A stretch of DNA of 63,539 bases, filler included, from Octopus bimaculoides (taxonomy: Eukaryota): assembly GCF_001194135.2 (NCBI RefSeq). It is 4 parts of 4 records of this genome, joined end to end, with 100 filler letters (N's around TTAATTAATTAA, not from the genome) between each part and the next. Parts side by side here need not be neighbours in the genome. Positions count along the whole stretch, not along the records: positions 26,205 to 46,073 come from NC_068982.1; positions 46,174 to 61,652 come from NC_068995.1; 2 more parts are not named here. The stretch is one strand, 5' to 3'. Under the pieces are notes generated by a model. It made no database searches and was not told the origin of the DNA. It saw only the letters and a program-made list of their open reading frames with translations. Positions within the stretch are counted from its first letter, which is position 1; each line of letters starts with the position of its first letter. Shown here piece by piece: positions 39,390 through 51,729 of the stretch. Position numbers and translations under genes: made by a program.

Positions 39390-39590
39390 TTGTCCCCCAC
39401 CATCGCTTGTCAACAGATGTTGCTGTGTTTAAGTCCCCGTAACTTAGCGGTTCGGCAAAAAAGGACTCTTAGAATAAGTACTATGCTTACAAATAATAAG
39501 TCCTGAGATCGATTTGTACGACTAAAGGCGGTGCTCCAGCATGGCTGCAGTCAAATGACAGAAACAAGTAAAAGAATAAAAGAATATAAG
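39390..39590 (+). mobile_element. SINE family C segment
   Basis: GTCCCCGTAACTTAGCGGTTCGGCAAAA..GACTAAAGGCGGTGCTCCAGCATGG..GAAACAAGTAAAAGAATAAAAGAAT. Confidence 0.75.
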
Positions 39591-42039
39591 AATATAAGAA
39601 AACAACATTAGAAGTGTAAGAACCTTAATTCTTCAGTTTCCACGGACTACTAGAATATCCTCAAAACTCGCCAGAAGACACAAGTAAAAGAATAAAAGAA
39701 TGGAAACATTCTTTCCATATGGAAAACTTATTGTTAATTGGTATTATAATGCATAAAGCAACGGGAAAATTTCACGTCACACGATACAAGTTGCGGTTAT
39801 GATTTTATATATAATTGCTATGCTGTCCTTGGGTGGATGTTATTCGCTGCTTCGTTTTTAATGAGGTAGGATGGAATTTGAAAGTGATTTAGCTACTACT
39901 GACAATAAGTAGAGCAAACAGTTAAAGGCTCCAGAATTGGATTGCAGCCTGAGATTCAACAACCTCTACTTTAAATATAGTCCAAACAATATTTAAATGT
40001 GTCGAAGTACAAAACATGTGTCATATTTCTTTTACCACTCAAAACATTAGGAAAATTAATATAAATATTTATTACAAAAACTTGTAAACTTTTTCTGAAA
40101 AAATTGCGGGTGTGTTTAGGGACTGAAATTCCATTTAAGAAGGTAACAGATAGATTGCGAAGGTGATATCTAAAGCTGAAGATCCTTGAAGATAACTTAT
40201 AACAGCTCGATATCCCTGTTCAGATAAACCAATAAGTAAATATACAATGGACAATGTTCACTGCAGCAACCAGATGACAATTTGATCAAACCATCACAAC
40301 AATCTTGTCTTTAGAAGAATTTGGTTATTTAATTTTGTTGTCTTCATAAACTAGATACTAGCTGAGGGTATGGTGGCAATTACTGGTTTTACGGGTCACC
40401 AGCATATAGAGCAACCATCTCTAAGTTACAATCAAAGCAAATCAGATTCCGGTTACAATGATAGACCAGGGGAAAAAATTACACTGACAAAGAAAAAAAG
40501 ATAAATCAACCTCCGTTCAATTGTTACGTGAACAAAAAGTGTCCATGGAACTGTTATTTCATTCAGATTCAAACAATAGACTAATGTATTTAACCTGTTA
40601 GATATATATCTTATTATTAACCACTCAAGAATAATATTTATCATATTTTCTGCTTTCTATTATTTTCAACAGCGTAAATGAACACGTTTATAATTAGATA
40701 TCCTCCCGCATGCAGTTACAAAACGCCTACATTTGATATTTTTAATGGCATCAGACGAGGATGGGCAGCGACCATAATAATTTTCCTGGACCTTCGAGAC
40801 TGTTTGTTGGGAACGAAAGATTTTCCCTCAGACTAAGGATATAACTCGAATGTTCACAATAGAAAAACAAACTTTCTTACAAATGTATTCATGGGTCTAG
40901 TAATGGTGTTACATCAGATACCAGAAGATTCAGTCTACCACCCTAAAACAGAAACGGTTCGTTCGATGGTTTTGCATGTAGTTAGCGTCTACAAAATTTC
41001 AATCTTAAATACTTAGCCGATCGGAGCTCATGTTAGCCGACGCTCGCTCAAAATGCCAAGTAATGGGACTGAACTTAACGCTACGTAGTTGCGAATTGAA
41101 ATATTTAACCACAAAGACCATGTCTGTATCTTCAACCAAAGTTAAAGCCACTTAAATTTTTTAAGTGGACCATCATGAAAATATTTCATTTTCATAAGTA
41201 GGTAAAATAGTCATTGTATTATTCTTGCAAGGCATGGCTGTGTGGTTAAAAAGCTCGTTTTGTAACCACGTAGTCCATAGTCCAATGGCTGAAATGTCAA
41301 TGATTGAAAGAAGTAAAAGATAAAAGAGAATCGTCATTGTTGTTGTCGACACTTCACATTTTGAGTTCAAGTCCTATGGCGGTTGATTTTACTTCTTACT
41401 ACCCAAAGTGAAGATTGATAAAATAAGTACCATTGATTGGTGTTCTATATTGAATCGATTCAATCGATTAAAACTCCAGTCTCCATCATATACTTATAGC
41501 CTTGTTCATTAAAAATAATCATTAATGTATTTTTGCTATTATATAACTTACGTTATTGTATATCGCAGCACTAAGTGCTTAAGGTAAATACAGAATAGTT
41601 CATAGATTATTATGTAAGTTTTGTTTCCTATGTATTTTTCCTATATATTTTTTTCAGAGGAAGGAAAAATCAATGAGCCTTATCGTGATCATAAATACGG
41701 GTGAGAGAAACTAATCTTCAGACCGGACACTTGACTTCAATGCTTCCAACAAACCGGATTGCAACTAAAGGCACCCAAAACCGCGCTGTGATGTTGTTAC
41801 ACTTGATAACAAATTATGTCCATCACTGAAAGAACTGGATCAAGTCCAACGACGATCCGCCACACAAATTCAATCAAATTTAACTGACAAGTCTTTGGTC
41901 GATTCGAGCTAATAGTTGAAGATACATGCCCCAAATGCTAAGTTTGAACCCCAAAACAAGTATTTGTCAAGCGAACTTTGTAACAACGCTATCATATCCA
42001 CAGTCTTGCTAATATCTTTTAGGGCAAGAAAAAAGAAGG

Positions 42040-42240
42040 TGGTTAACTAGGAGAATCGTTAGCACACTGGACAAAAACTCTTAGCACTATTTCATCTATT
42101 TCTAGGTTCAAATTCCGCCACATCGACTTTGCTTTTCATCCTCTTGGGGTCGATAAATCGATAAAATAAGTACTTGGGTCGAAGTAATCGACTAGCTCCC
42201 TTTCTCGAAATTTCAGACCGTGTTCCTACAGCAGAAAGGA
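42040..42240 (+). mobile_element. SINE family A copy
   Basis: GAATCGTTAGCACACTGGAC..GGTTCAAATTCCGCC..GGGGTCGATAAA..AAGTAC. Confidence 0.7.
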
Positions 42241-42899
42241 ATATTTTATTAAAGTAACGTTATTATTTTGTGAAGAATATACACTGTGACTAAACATTGG
42301 TTTCCTTGTGTTTTGTGCTGATGAAGTTGTGCAATCTCATTAATTAGTGTATCTAATAGATTTATTTATTTATTTGTTGTTTTTTTTTTAATATCCACAG
42401 TTCAACAATTATTTCTGAGTTTCGATATTTTTCATTCTGATACATCCAATTAGTTAAAAGGATTTTTACAAAATTTTATGGAAACGTTTTATCAACAATG
42501 TTTGAAATGAATCACGCCTTCTGTTTGTTTCATTGTTACAATAACCTGACAAAATAGTCTCTTCTTTTATAAAATACTTCTGTCTTTCTTTCAGTAAGTA
42601 TAACTTCAAGGGTTCAAGGGTTCAAGTTTAACTTCAAGGGTACTAAAATGTAGAAGGGACGAAATCCAGTATGAATAATTTTGCGGAAAATGAAGGGAAA
42701 AGTGAAGTATAGCGTCGATAAAGGAGTAGAGAGCGCGGATTTAGAAAAAAACACACTGATCTCCAATGATGAGCTATTGTTTGTTATATATTTTGGTGAC
42801 TTATTCTATATACGTATCTGCGTTGACGATTGCGTACAGGCACACAACAAACACACATACATGGTAATGGGTGCGCTATATGTAGATGTATGAAAGCGA

Positions 42900-43038
42900 G
42901 TGTCCTAGTGGTTAGGGTGTTGCACTCCCTACTCCAACATCGTGGTTTCGATTGCCAGACTGGCTGTGCGTTGTTCTTGAAGAAAGCATTTCATTTCACG
43001 TTGCTCCATTCTACTCAGCTGTAAATGAGTAAACTTGC
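42900..43038 (+). mobile_element. tRNA-headed SINE (different family)
   Basis: CCTAGTGGTTAGGGTGTTGCACTC..GGTTTCGATT (A/B-box-like), followed by TTTCACGTTGCTCCA..ACTCAGCTGTAAATGAGT. Confidence 0.6.
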
Positions 43039-43245
43039 GACGGAGTGGTGTTCTGTACAGGGGGATATAGGCCTGTCCGCTTAGCCGTCGTGGTGGCATC
43101 ATTCGAAAGCTGCCACAATGCGAAGCGTATTGTAACGAGCGGTGTCAGTAATATCCAACATCTGATAGTCTGGTTGAAAACCGTATATATAAATGTGTGT
43201 GCATGTCTGTGTGTATGTGTTTGTGTGCATTTGTGTGTGTGTGTG

Positions 43246-43279
<34 letters not shown>

Positions 43280-43650
43280 NNNNNNNNNNNNNNNNNNNNN
43301 NNNNNNNNNNNNNNNNNNNNNNNNNNNNNNNNNNNNNNNNNNNNNNNNNNNNNNNNNNNNNNNNNNNNNNNNNNNNNNNNNNNNNNNNNNNNNNNNNNNN
43401 NNNNNNNNNNNNNNNNNNNNNNNNNNNNNNNNNNNNNNNNNNNNNNNNNNNNNNNNNNNNNNNNNNNNNNNNNNNNNNNNNNNNNNNNNNNNNNNNNNNN
43501 NNNNNNNNNNNNNNNNNNNNNNNNNNNNNNNNNNNNNNNNNNNNNNNNNNNNNNNNNNNNNNNNNNNNNNNNNNNNNNNNNNNNNNNNNNNNNNNNNNNN
43601 NNNNNNNNNNNNNNNNNNNNNNNNNNNNNNNNNNNNNNNNNNNTATATAA

Positions 43651-43771
43651 AAGGTGTCCACAAAGTCTGCGTACATGGGGATTAACACATACTTTAAGAT
43701 ATTATTTCTTATATTTAATTGTTTATGTTATGATTTTATTTACTCTATGTACCCAGATCTTGTGGACACCC

Positions 43772-43773
<2 letters not shown>
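43651..43773. mobile_element. Tc1/mariner-type MITE, second copy
   Basis: Aligns end to end with 14713-14841. Confidence 0.85.
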
Positions 43774-43803
<30 letters not shown>

Positions 43804-43834
43804 CAGATATATGAGTGTGTTTGCGTATCTGTGT

Positions 43835-43985
43835 TTGTTCTCCCAAAGTCGCTTGACAACCGATGCTGGTGTACTTACGTCCCCGTAATCTACCGGTTCG
43901 GTAAAAGAGACCGATAGAAGAAGTACTAGGCTTAGAAAGAATAAGTCCCGGTGTCGATTTTCTCGACTAAAGGCGGTCCTCCAGC
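43835..43985 (+). mobile_element. SINE family C segment
   Basis: Same motif as 39390-39590. Confidence 0.7.
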
Positions 43986-44469
43986 AAGTTTACTCATTTA
44001 CAGCTGAGTAGAATGGAGCAAGAGAGTAAAGAGTACATACATATATATATATTCACACAGATATGAATACACAGATAGACACACAAATATATGCTACACT
44101 GGTTTGTCATGTAACACGATCTGAAATCATTTGATAAAACAGTTCATTGTGGTTTAATCACGGGAGTTATTTAAACATACTCATAACATTAAAATCCGTT
44201 TAGTTTTTCATAATAAACATTTCATATCCTATATATTGTGCAATAAAATTTCATCAATATTGCCGCACATCTACAGTTTTGTCAATGATAAAACGGTGTA
44301 GTATATCAATGTTTTGAATCATTGCTGTATGACGAAATAGGTTAACACTTCATAGTATGGAATGTAGCTACGTAATTACGTAACCTGCTAGATCTAGCCG
44401 TATCTTTATTACTAGTGGCTTTAAATCGTATAAAGTACACGAGATGAAGAATAATAAAAGCTCTTGAAG

Positions 44470-44830
44470 TTTCGTTATGGGAAGCATGTAACCATTTGCA
44501 ACACTATCTTCCGGAAACTGGCCAACCACCAGATCACCTACAAATCAAGTGTCACACAAGCCAGATAGAATTCACGCTCATAAGGAAATGAGACAGTCAG
44601 ATGGCTGTAAATGCACACACTCAACAAAGACAAGTGATTAGCGATGTCAAAGCAAGGAGAAAGATTAAGAAATTCAAGAGAATCCGGAGAAAGAAAGAAT
44701 GGAAGCTGAATCACCCTGAGACCACTTCCTGTAGAACTTTAAAAGACGCCAAATTCAATGATAGCGTACAGGCTGTAGAAGGAACTATAACAGGTGGTCA
44801 CGATAGAAAGTATTACAAAGAAACCAAAAT
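44470..44830 (+). pseudogene. RTE LINE endonuclease C-terminal / linker fragment
   Basis: NTIFRKLANHQITYKS/SQIEFTLIRK..MAVNA..QQRQVISD, resembling the APE NT.F..IDY.L region. Confidence 0.55.
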
Positions 44831-44834
44831 TTAA

Positions 44835-45007
44835 TATAATTCTATAACTGTTACTTGTTTTAGTCATTGGACTGCAGCCATAGTGGAGCAGTTTAATCAA
44901 ACAAATATCTAGAGTGGTAGCTGTTATGTCGATTTTTTTGGCTGAATCACTAAATTGCAGAGACGTAAACAAACCAACGCCTGTTGTCAAGCGGTGTGAG
45001 ACGAACG

Positions 45008-45038
<31 letters not shown>

Positions 45039-45200
45039 ATACACACACACTCACACAAAAACAAACAAACACACACATACACACACCTAATATTTATACT
45101 GCAGGCTTTCACACAGTTTACATCTACCAAATTCACTCACAAGGCATTCGTCAGATCGGGGGCTAAAGTAGAAGTCTCTTGTCCAAGATATCGTGCAGAA
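44835..45200 (-). mobile_element. Bipartite SINE (B + CA microsatellite + C)
   Basis: Both segments are in reverse orientation around a (CA)n tract. Confidence 0.65.
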
Positions 45201-45559
45201 ATAATTTATGCTGCATGCTTTCATTGAACTATCGAATATAGCTGTGTGCACTTAAGTTACGCGCAGTTTTCTTTCGTTTTCATGTTTTCTGTAACATTCA
45301 AAGCGTTTATAACATCTGTAGTTCATTTTACACTAATTTGTCGCAAGTAAAGTGTGAGGCTACTGTAGTGTAAGGGACTACATTAAAGAAAATGTAAGAG
45401 CTTAACAGTTCAAAGGATGATAATTGACAGAAAGCTTAAAAACAGAATATCATAGATGAAAACAAAACGATATTAGTGAGTTCCAGAAAGCAGCAGTTCG
45501 AGGAAAGAATCTATAAGAATAAAAGGAATTATAACTAACCAGAAGCTCAACAAAGAAAC

Positions 45560-45890
45560 GATGCTCTTTCTAAGAGAAGCGAGAAACACATTTAAAGGTT
45601 TTTACAGATTATATTAAACCAGAAAGCTCATCAGAACAAGTGACATCGAAATACTTATGGAAAAGACACAGCGAAAATTCGGATGATGAACCGAATACTC
45701 CTGCACAAAGGTGACTGCAATATTCAAAGCAAGATTGAATGGTGGCTTTGTACAGATACGAAAATACTCTCGGAAATAAGAAACTTCCGAGCAAGGAAAA
45801 GAGATCTCAACCTTCTTGGCAGCCGACATGGACAAGGCAATGGATTGAATGTATTTGAACCAAGAGAGATCTTTGATCAAAGTCAAACCA
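45560..45890 (-). pseudogene. CR1/L2-group LINE ORF2 C-terminal fragment
   Basis: LSWFKYIQSIA..AAKK and LYKATIQSCFEYCSHLCAG (cf. LYK..IRP.LEYCS..W). Confidence 0.7.
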
Positions 45891-46011
45891 ATAAGTCAGA
45901 TAACGTAGCTTTGTTTTGCCAGCTTTGAAAATCACCAGTCAGTCGCCACCCAACTCTACGGCCATCCAAAGCTCATCTTCAAGAAAAACGATGGTTCTCT
46001 TTCTGCGTGTT

Positions 46012-46073
<62 letters not shown>

Positions 46074-46359
46074 NNNNNNNNNNNNNNNNNNNNNNNNNNN
46101 NNNNNNNNNNNNNNNNNTTAATTAATTAANNNNNNNNNNNNNNNNNNNNNNNNNNNNNNNNNNNNNNNNNNNNTTTTTTTTTTTTTTTTTTTTTTTCGTC
46201 TTAAATTACTCGAGACTAATGTAAACATCTGAGTGGTTGGTGGGTTTACTTTCTGCTCTGGTAGTTTGTTGTCATCCGCTATATATTCTGTATCCTCTCC
46301 CCTTGTGCCATGCCAACAGACGTTACTGATTTGCATGCCATTCTCTCCCATATATTATC

Positions 46360-46391
<32 letters not shown>

Positions 46392-46580
46392 GTCATCATC
46401 ATTTAACATATGTTTTCTATGCAGGCATGGCTTTGAAGATTTGACGGGAGCTGCTCACTGAAGAGCTGCACCAACCTCCAATTGTCTGTTCTGACAAAGT
46501 TTCTATGGCTGGATGCCCTTCCTAATGTCAGCCACTTTACAGAGTGTACTGGGTGCTTTTCATGTGGCACTAGCACTGAT
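46360..46580 (-). mobile_element. RTE-derived 3' tail element
   Basis: (CAT)n tail plus GGATGCCCTTCCTAATG motif. Confidence 0.7.
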
Positions 46581-47079
46581 AGGATTACTGAGTACCATGC
46601 AAGGGAAAAAAAAAAGGATAAAAAAAAGACAAAAAAGGGGCAAACTCCATTCAGCTGGTAGTGGGGAGTAGTGGGGGACTTTGTGCTAGTACCAGTAATA
46701 TATCATTAAGAATACAGTTCTCTTGTTTCAGTAGATATTTTCAGCCCTGTTATGACCTCTAGGTCACACTGCTATGATTTGTAGGTCACTCTTCAATAAC
46801 CTATATGTGACCCTTCGATGGCCAGCATACAACCAAACGGCCTTGGTACCCTTCACACACAGATATAGTTAAGTATTTGTTTTGTCACTGTTGATTGAAT
46901 TTCAGTTTGTGTTCAGAGGTTCTATCTCTGGTCATGTCACCTTCATTCTGGGGCAGGTTGTTGTTGAAGGGTTTAGAGTTTAAAACTTTATGATCCCTAT
47001 TTTACTGATAATTGAGAGTTTGTTGAGGAGAAATTTGAGTAAATGAAGTGATTTGTGCCGATTAAGTTTTGGAAGATAT

Positions 47080-47490
47080 CTGACTTAGGAACCAGTTTTG
47101 GGAGATATCTGGTTTAGGAACAGTATAAATTCATTCCTATTTTAAAGTTCTTTCAAGTTTAGGAATAATAGATTCATTGGTTTTCCATTAATCTGTGAGG
47201 TTTAAAAATATTAAATTAATTGTATTCTATGTTTTTTTTTTTGAGGTTTAGGAATGGTAAGTTCATTTCTATTCTATAATTCTTTAAGGTTTAGGAATAG
47301 TAAATTCATTGCTTTTCTATGAATTTATGAAGTTTAAGAATGGTAAATTCATTGTATGCTATAGTTTCTTTGAGTTTTAGAAACGATAAATTCATTTCTA
47401 TTCTGTAATTCTTTGAGGTTTAAGAATAGTAAATTCTATGTTATTCTACAGTTCTGGAGGTTTAAGAATAGTAAGTTCTCTTGGATATAC
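47080..47490. repeat. Degenerate minisatellite, about 41-43 bp unit
   Basis: About 10 recurrences of GAGGTTTA(G/A)GAATAGTAAATTCATT..TATTCT..AATT. Confidence 0.7.
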
Positions 47491-47644
47491 TTAACATCCT
47501 TCTCTTGAAATTTTTTGTTCTCATTCAGAGATTAAAAAAGAAAAAAAAAGGCCCCCTTTTTACTCCCAGTCTGCAGCTATTGTTTAACACTTTAGCATTC
47601 AGATTATCCTGTCAAATGTAATGCTTATTTATTCACATTGTGTT

Positions 47645-48090
47645 CACCATCACCATCACCATCACCATCATCATCTAACGACCATTTTCCATGCTGGCAT
47701 GGGTTGGACAGTTTGACAGGAGCTGACCAGCTGAAGGGCTGTTCAGGCTCCAGTTGTCTGTTTTGTTATAGTTTTTACAGCTAGATGCCCTTCCTAATGC
47801 CAACCACTTTACAGAGTTTAGTGAGTGCTTTTACATAACACCAGCATGGGTGCTTTTTACGTGGTACCAGCACTTATGAAACTGCAAGATGAAGGGTACT
47901 CAGCTGGAAAGAGATGCAGGGGATGAACCTGTATGCAAGGACATGCACGCTTTTACTTGACATGTCTTTTCAAGCTCAGCAAACTGCCAGGAGTCTTGGT
48001 CCCTTATCATCTCCTCTGTGAGTCTTGTCAGTAGATCCTTTCTCACCACTTCATCCCACATTTTCTTGGGTTTACCCCTTCCAAATGTTC
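47645..48090 (-). mobile_element. RTE LINE 3' end (ORF C-terminus plus tail)
   Basis: ORF 47900-48136 contains GTFGRGKPKKMWDEVVRKDL..LTEEMIRDQDSW, the RTE C-terminal motif, followed by the shared tail and a (GAT/GGT)n end. Confidence 0.8.
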
Positions 48091-48602
48091 CCGCTACAAC
48101 TGCATTTTCACAAATAAAACTTAACCTAATTAACACATTTTGTTTTTACACTCATTACCCCCTTTTGACTACCCCATTATTGCTCCACTTTCCTTCAACA
48201 CCCATCTGGACCTTTCTACCATTCCCAGTGGGGCAGTACCACCCACTTTGAGGACCACTGCTTTAAATTAATCATGCGTTATCTTATGGCTATGAGATTT
48301 CGATGATGTGGTTGTCTGTTTTTAGAATAACATTGTAGGGTAAGTGTGAGGGGCCAAATTTGGTCAGTTTCAACATAAAACAGGCAGAATAGTTTGGCCA
48401 GTTTAAATGCCAAAGGGTTAAGAAAGATCTGCAGAGGAAATAAAAGATGTTATTTTCAGGAATTTACCCCAACCAATTTCAAAGATCATGTCTGGTGACA
48501 CGACAAGCACTTACAGTAAATATGTGAGGTCTTTAAGAAATATCAACATCTCTTGTAGTCGCAGGAAGAATGAAATAAGAAATGTCTAGCTTTTGTACTC
48601 AC

Positions 48603-48946
48603 CTCATCAGTGCCACAAGAATTCGGTAAGATCCTTCTTTTCCCATCACTTTGTGAAGACATGTATTTCCTTCAAAGTCCTGTGCATCAATGTTGATGCC
48701 CATACAAGCCATTCCGTATATGACTGTCACAGTTGGCGGGTCCTTAAACAAGTGTGCATTTTCAATCATAAGGTGCAGATAAGATCCTCCTGTGTAGGGG
48801 TCCATGATGTTTAGGTCTGCTCCTGTCATACTCTCAGAATATACGCAGTACTCATTGAGGGTAACAAATACTTCAGTTGGGTTACCTTTCTTAATTGCTT
48901 TATAAAGGTTAGTTTCCATAAATGGTACATCTGTATTTTCTGCCAT
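48603..48946 (-). CDS. First coding exon of an ankyrin-repeat protein (later exons not found)
   Basis: Non-repetitive 114-codon frame with ankyrin motifs (DPYTGGSYLHLMI; GINIDAQDFEGNTCLHKVM..SYRILVALMR), ending at a perfect phase-2 donor AG|GTGAGT (48603/48602). Confidence 0.8.
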
Positions 48947-49319
48947 CTTACCTTATATGTACATCACCAATGTGCAATAATGTAATATATACACACACAC
49001 GCACACCCCACTAACATTCTACAATATATTATATGTACACACACATATATACATGCTTGAAAGGATATGCACTGACAGTGCATTCACTCACGCTTTTGTA
49101 CATTTATATATGTGTGTGCATGCGTGTGTGTGTGTGTTAGGCAAGCAAGCTGAGGCTTCGAAGTCACTGTTAACCTTCTTGTAAAGGTTTAATAAACATG
49201 CATTCTATTTAAAACTATTGAGCAACCCTTCAGTTTAATGTAAAATTGTTTTTATATACAATTTGACTATAAACAAACAATGTATGTATATGTATGTGTG
49301 TGTATAAAATATATATAAA

Positions 49320-49376
<57 letters not shown>

Positions 49377-50155
49377 ATAATAATATTAGGGATAAAATCC
49401 AAAATTACAGGTAAAAACTCAATTAAAATCAATTTATAAAAGATTAAAATTAAATTGAGCTTTATAGATAAAATATATATAAAATATATAGTTTTAGGGA
49501 AAATAACCAAGTTTCAAGAACTCATCGATGAAAATCCACTATCACATATAGAAAAATTAATAATTAATATATATATATATATATATACCTACACAAATGC
49601 ACACACGCACAAGTGTATTTCTTTACATAACTTTATAAAAATACTTCAAGCAAGTCGTGCTTAATGTACAAAGCAGATGATTGAAATCTATTGACTGACT
49701 ATAGCGTTAATATTAAAAAATCTGTGGCTAACCATAATCATCTGGGAACAAACAATCAGACCAAAACGAACAAACAAACAACCAAAAACAAAACAAACAG
49801 AAAAAAAACCTTTTCTCAATTCCTTTTCTTCCTACAATTGTCCCTGTTTCTGGCTATTTCACATTTTCAGAAATTTTCCATCACATAACCCATACCTGTT
49901 TGACTTGGCTTGTGTCGATATTAAATGACAACCTGGTGGTGTAGTCACTACACTCTGCACTAGTGAGTAATACGGGTGTATAATGTCTGACGTCACATCT
50001 CCTTCACCCCACCAACTCCCATGATCACCACCCGCATCTATCATTTTACCCTTCTTCAGTTTTCGCCTCTGTACATGTATGTGTATGTGTGTGTGTGTGT
50101 GAATATATCTATGTGAGTGTCTTTGTCCATATATGTGAATGTGCATGTTCATATA

Positions 50156-50190
<35 letters not shown>

Positions 50191-50427
50191 GTGTGTGTAT
50201 ATGTGAGTGTGGGTGTATGTTTCAAAAGTTACTCAGTCAAGCATGAATGTACATTTGTAACAATAAATAAATAAATAAATAAAAATGAAAGCCTTACTAC
50301 CACTGAAGCACTGCTGTGTATGTTAAACTATTTAATCAAGTGTGAAGTTACTCAGAAAAATATCTGCAAGCTCGGAATATTTGGAATATTGTCCCAAGAA
50401 CTATGTCACTAAGTCATCAGTACAAAC

Positions 50428-50482
<55 letters not shown>

Positions 50483-51163
50483 TAATAATAATAATAATTT
50501 ATTCTTTTATTGGCCACAAGGGCTAATATATACAAACATAAAAGGGCATACAATGACATTAAAAGACAAAAAAAAAAACTAGATGATACAATGGGTTTTG
50601 ATGTTCATGCACACAGTAAATAACTAAAAAATTAAACAAGTAAAACTCCCAATAGGGGGAGGTGCTTAATTCCAAATAACATCAGGTTCTTTAATTTGCA
50701 AGATAAAGTAATTAGTTGAGCATAATAAAAATTCAGAACTGCATTGATACGCCAAAATTGAAAACAATCTGTGTAAAATTAAAGGGGGCTGATTTTGTGA
50801 ATGAAACAAACTAGATCCAGATTATCAACCGAGGATGGTGCCTCTATTTTGAGTATTGAGTTCATTCTTAGAATTGTCAGAGCATCAAAAAAAAAAAAAC
50901 AAAAGGTGCTTTTGAAGTATTCTTTTGACACTTTACATTCTGAGTTTAAAACCTGCTGTCTGCATGTTTATTTTTGAGTATTACTCATATCAGAATAGTA
51001 GGATTGGTAAGGTGACAACTACCACCATGTGACATACATACATACATCTATATATACATATATACACACAAACACACACACACATAAACATATATACATA
51101 TACATATATGTGTGTGTGTTTATATATGTATATACACACACACAGATACATAAATACACACAC

Positions 51164-51232
<69 letters not shown>

Positions 51233-51729
51233 TACATATATATATANNNNNNNNNNACACACACACACACATACATATATATATATAGATCCCCCCATTT
51301 CCAAACCAAAATAAGGGATTTGCAGCATATTAGGAGGTCAGGGTACTTCATTCCACATAAAAAATCTGATTTTCGGGGGTGAAAATCGTGCGTGTTAATC
51401 TGAAAAATTACCCACTTGAATGCGGTCATGCTGGAGTACCTCTTTATGTATATATATATCTTCAAAAGTGAGTTCATATTTATGTTTATACCCTTATTTC
51501 TATACATACATTCCTAAATATGCGTTTGTATATATATATATATATATATAAACACATGTACATATACTGTATATAAATATACACACACAAACAAAGTGTG
51601 TTGAGGAATGTTGCAACACCAATTGTTAGTGTGTAGAATGCAATGTATGCGATGCAGGTTTGATTCCTATTTACAATAATAATAAGAAGAAGAAAGAATA
51701 AGATTGCAGTTTAATATTTCTGGAAATAT

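Noticed and set aside
40881-40942. 62-nt minus-strand segment with good acceptor and GTAAGA donor
   Set aside because: All three frames contain a stop, so it is not a coding exon of the ankyrin gene.
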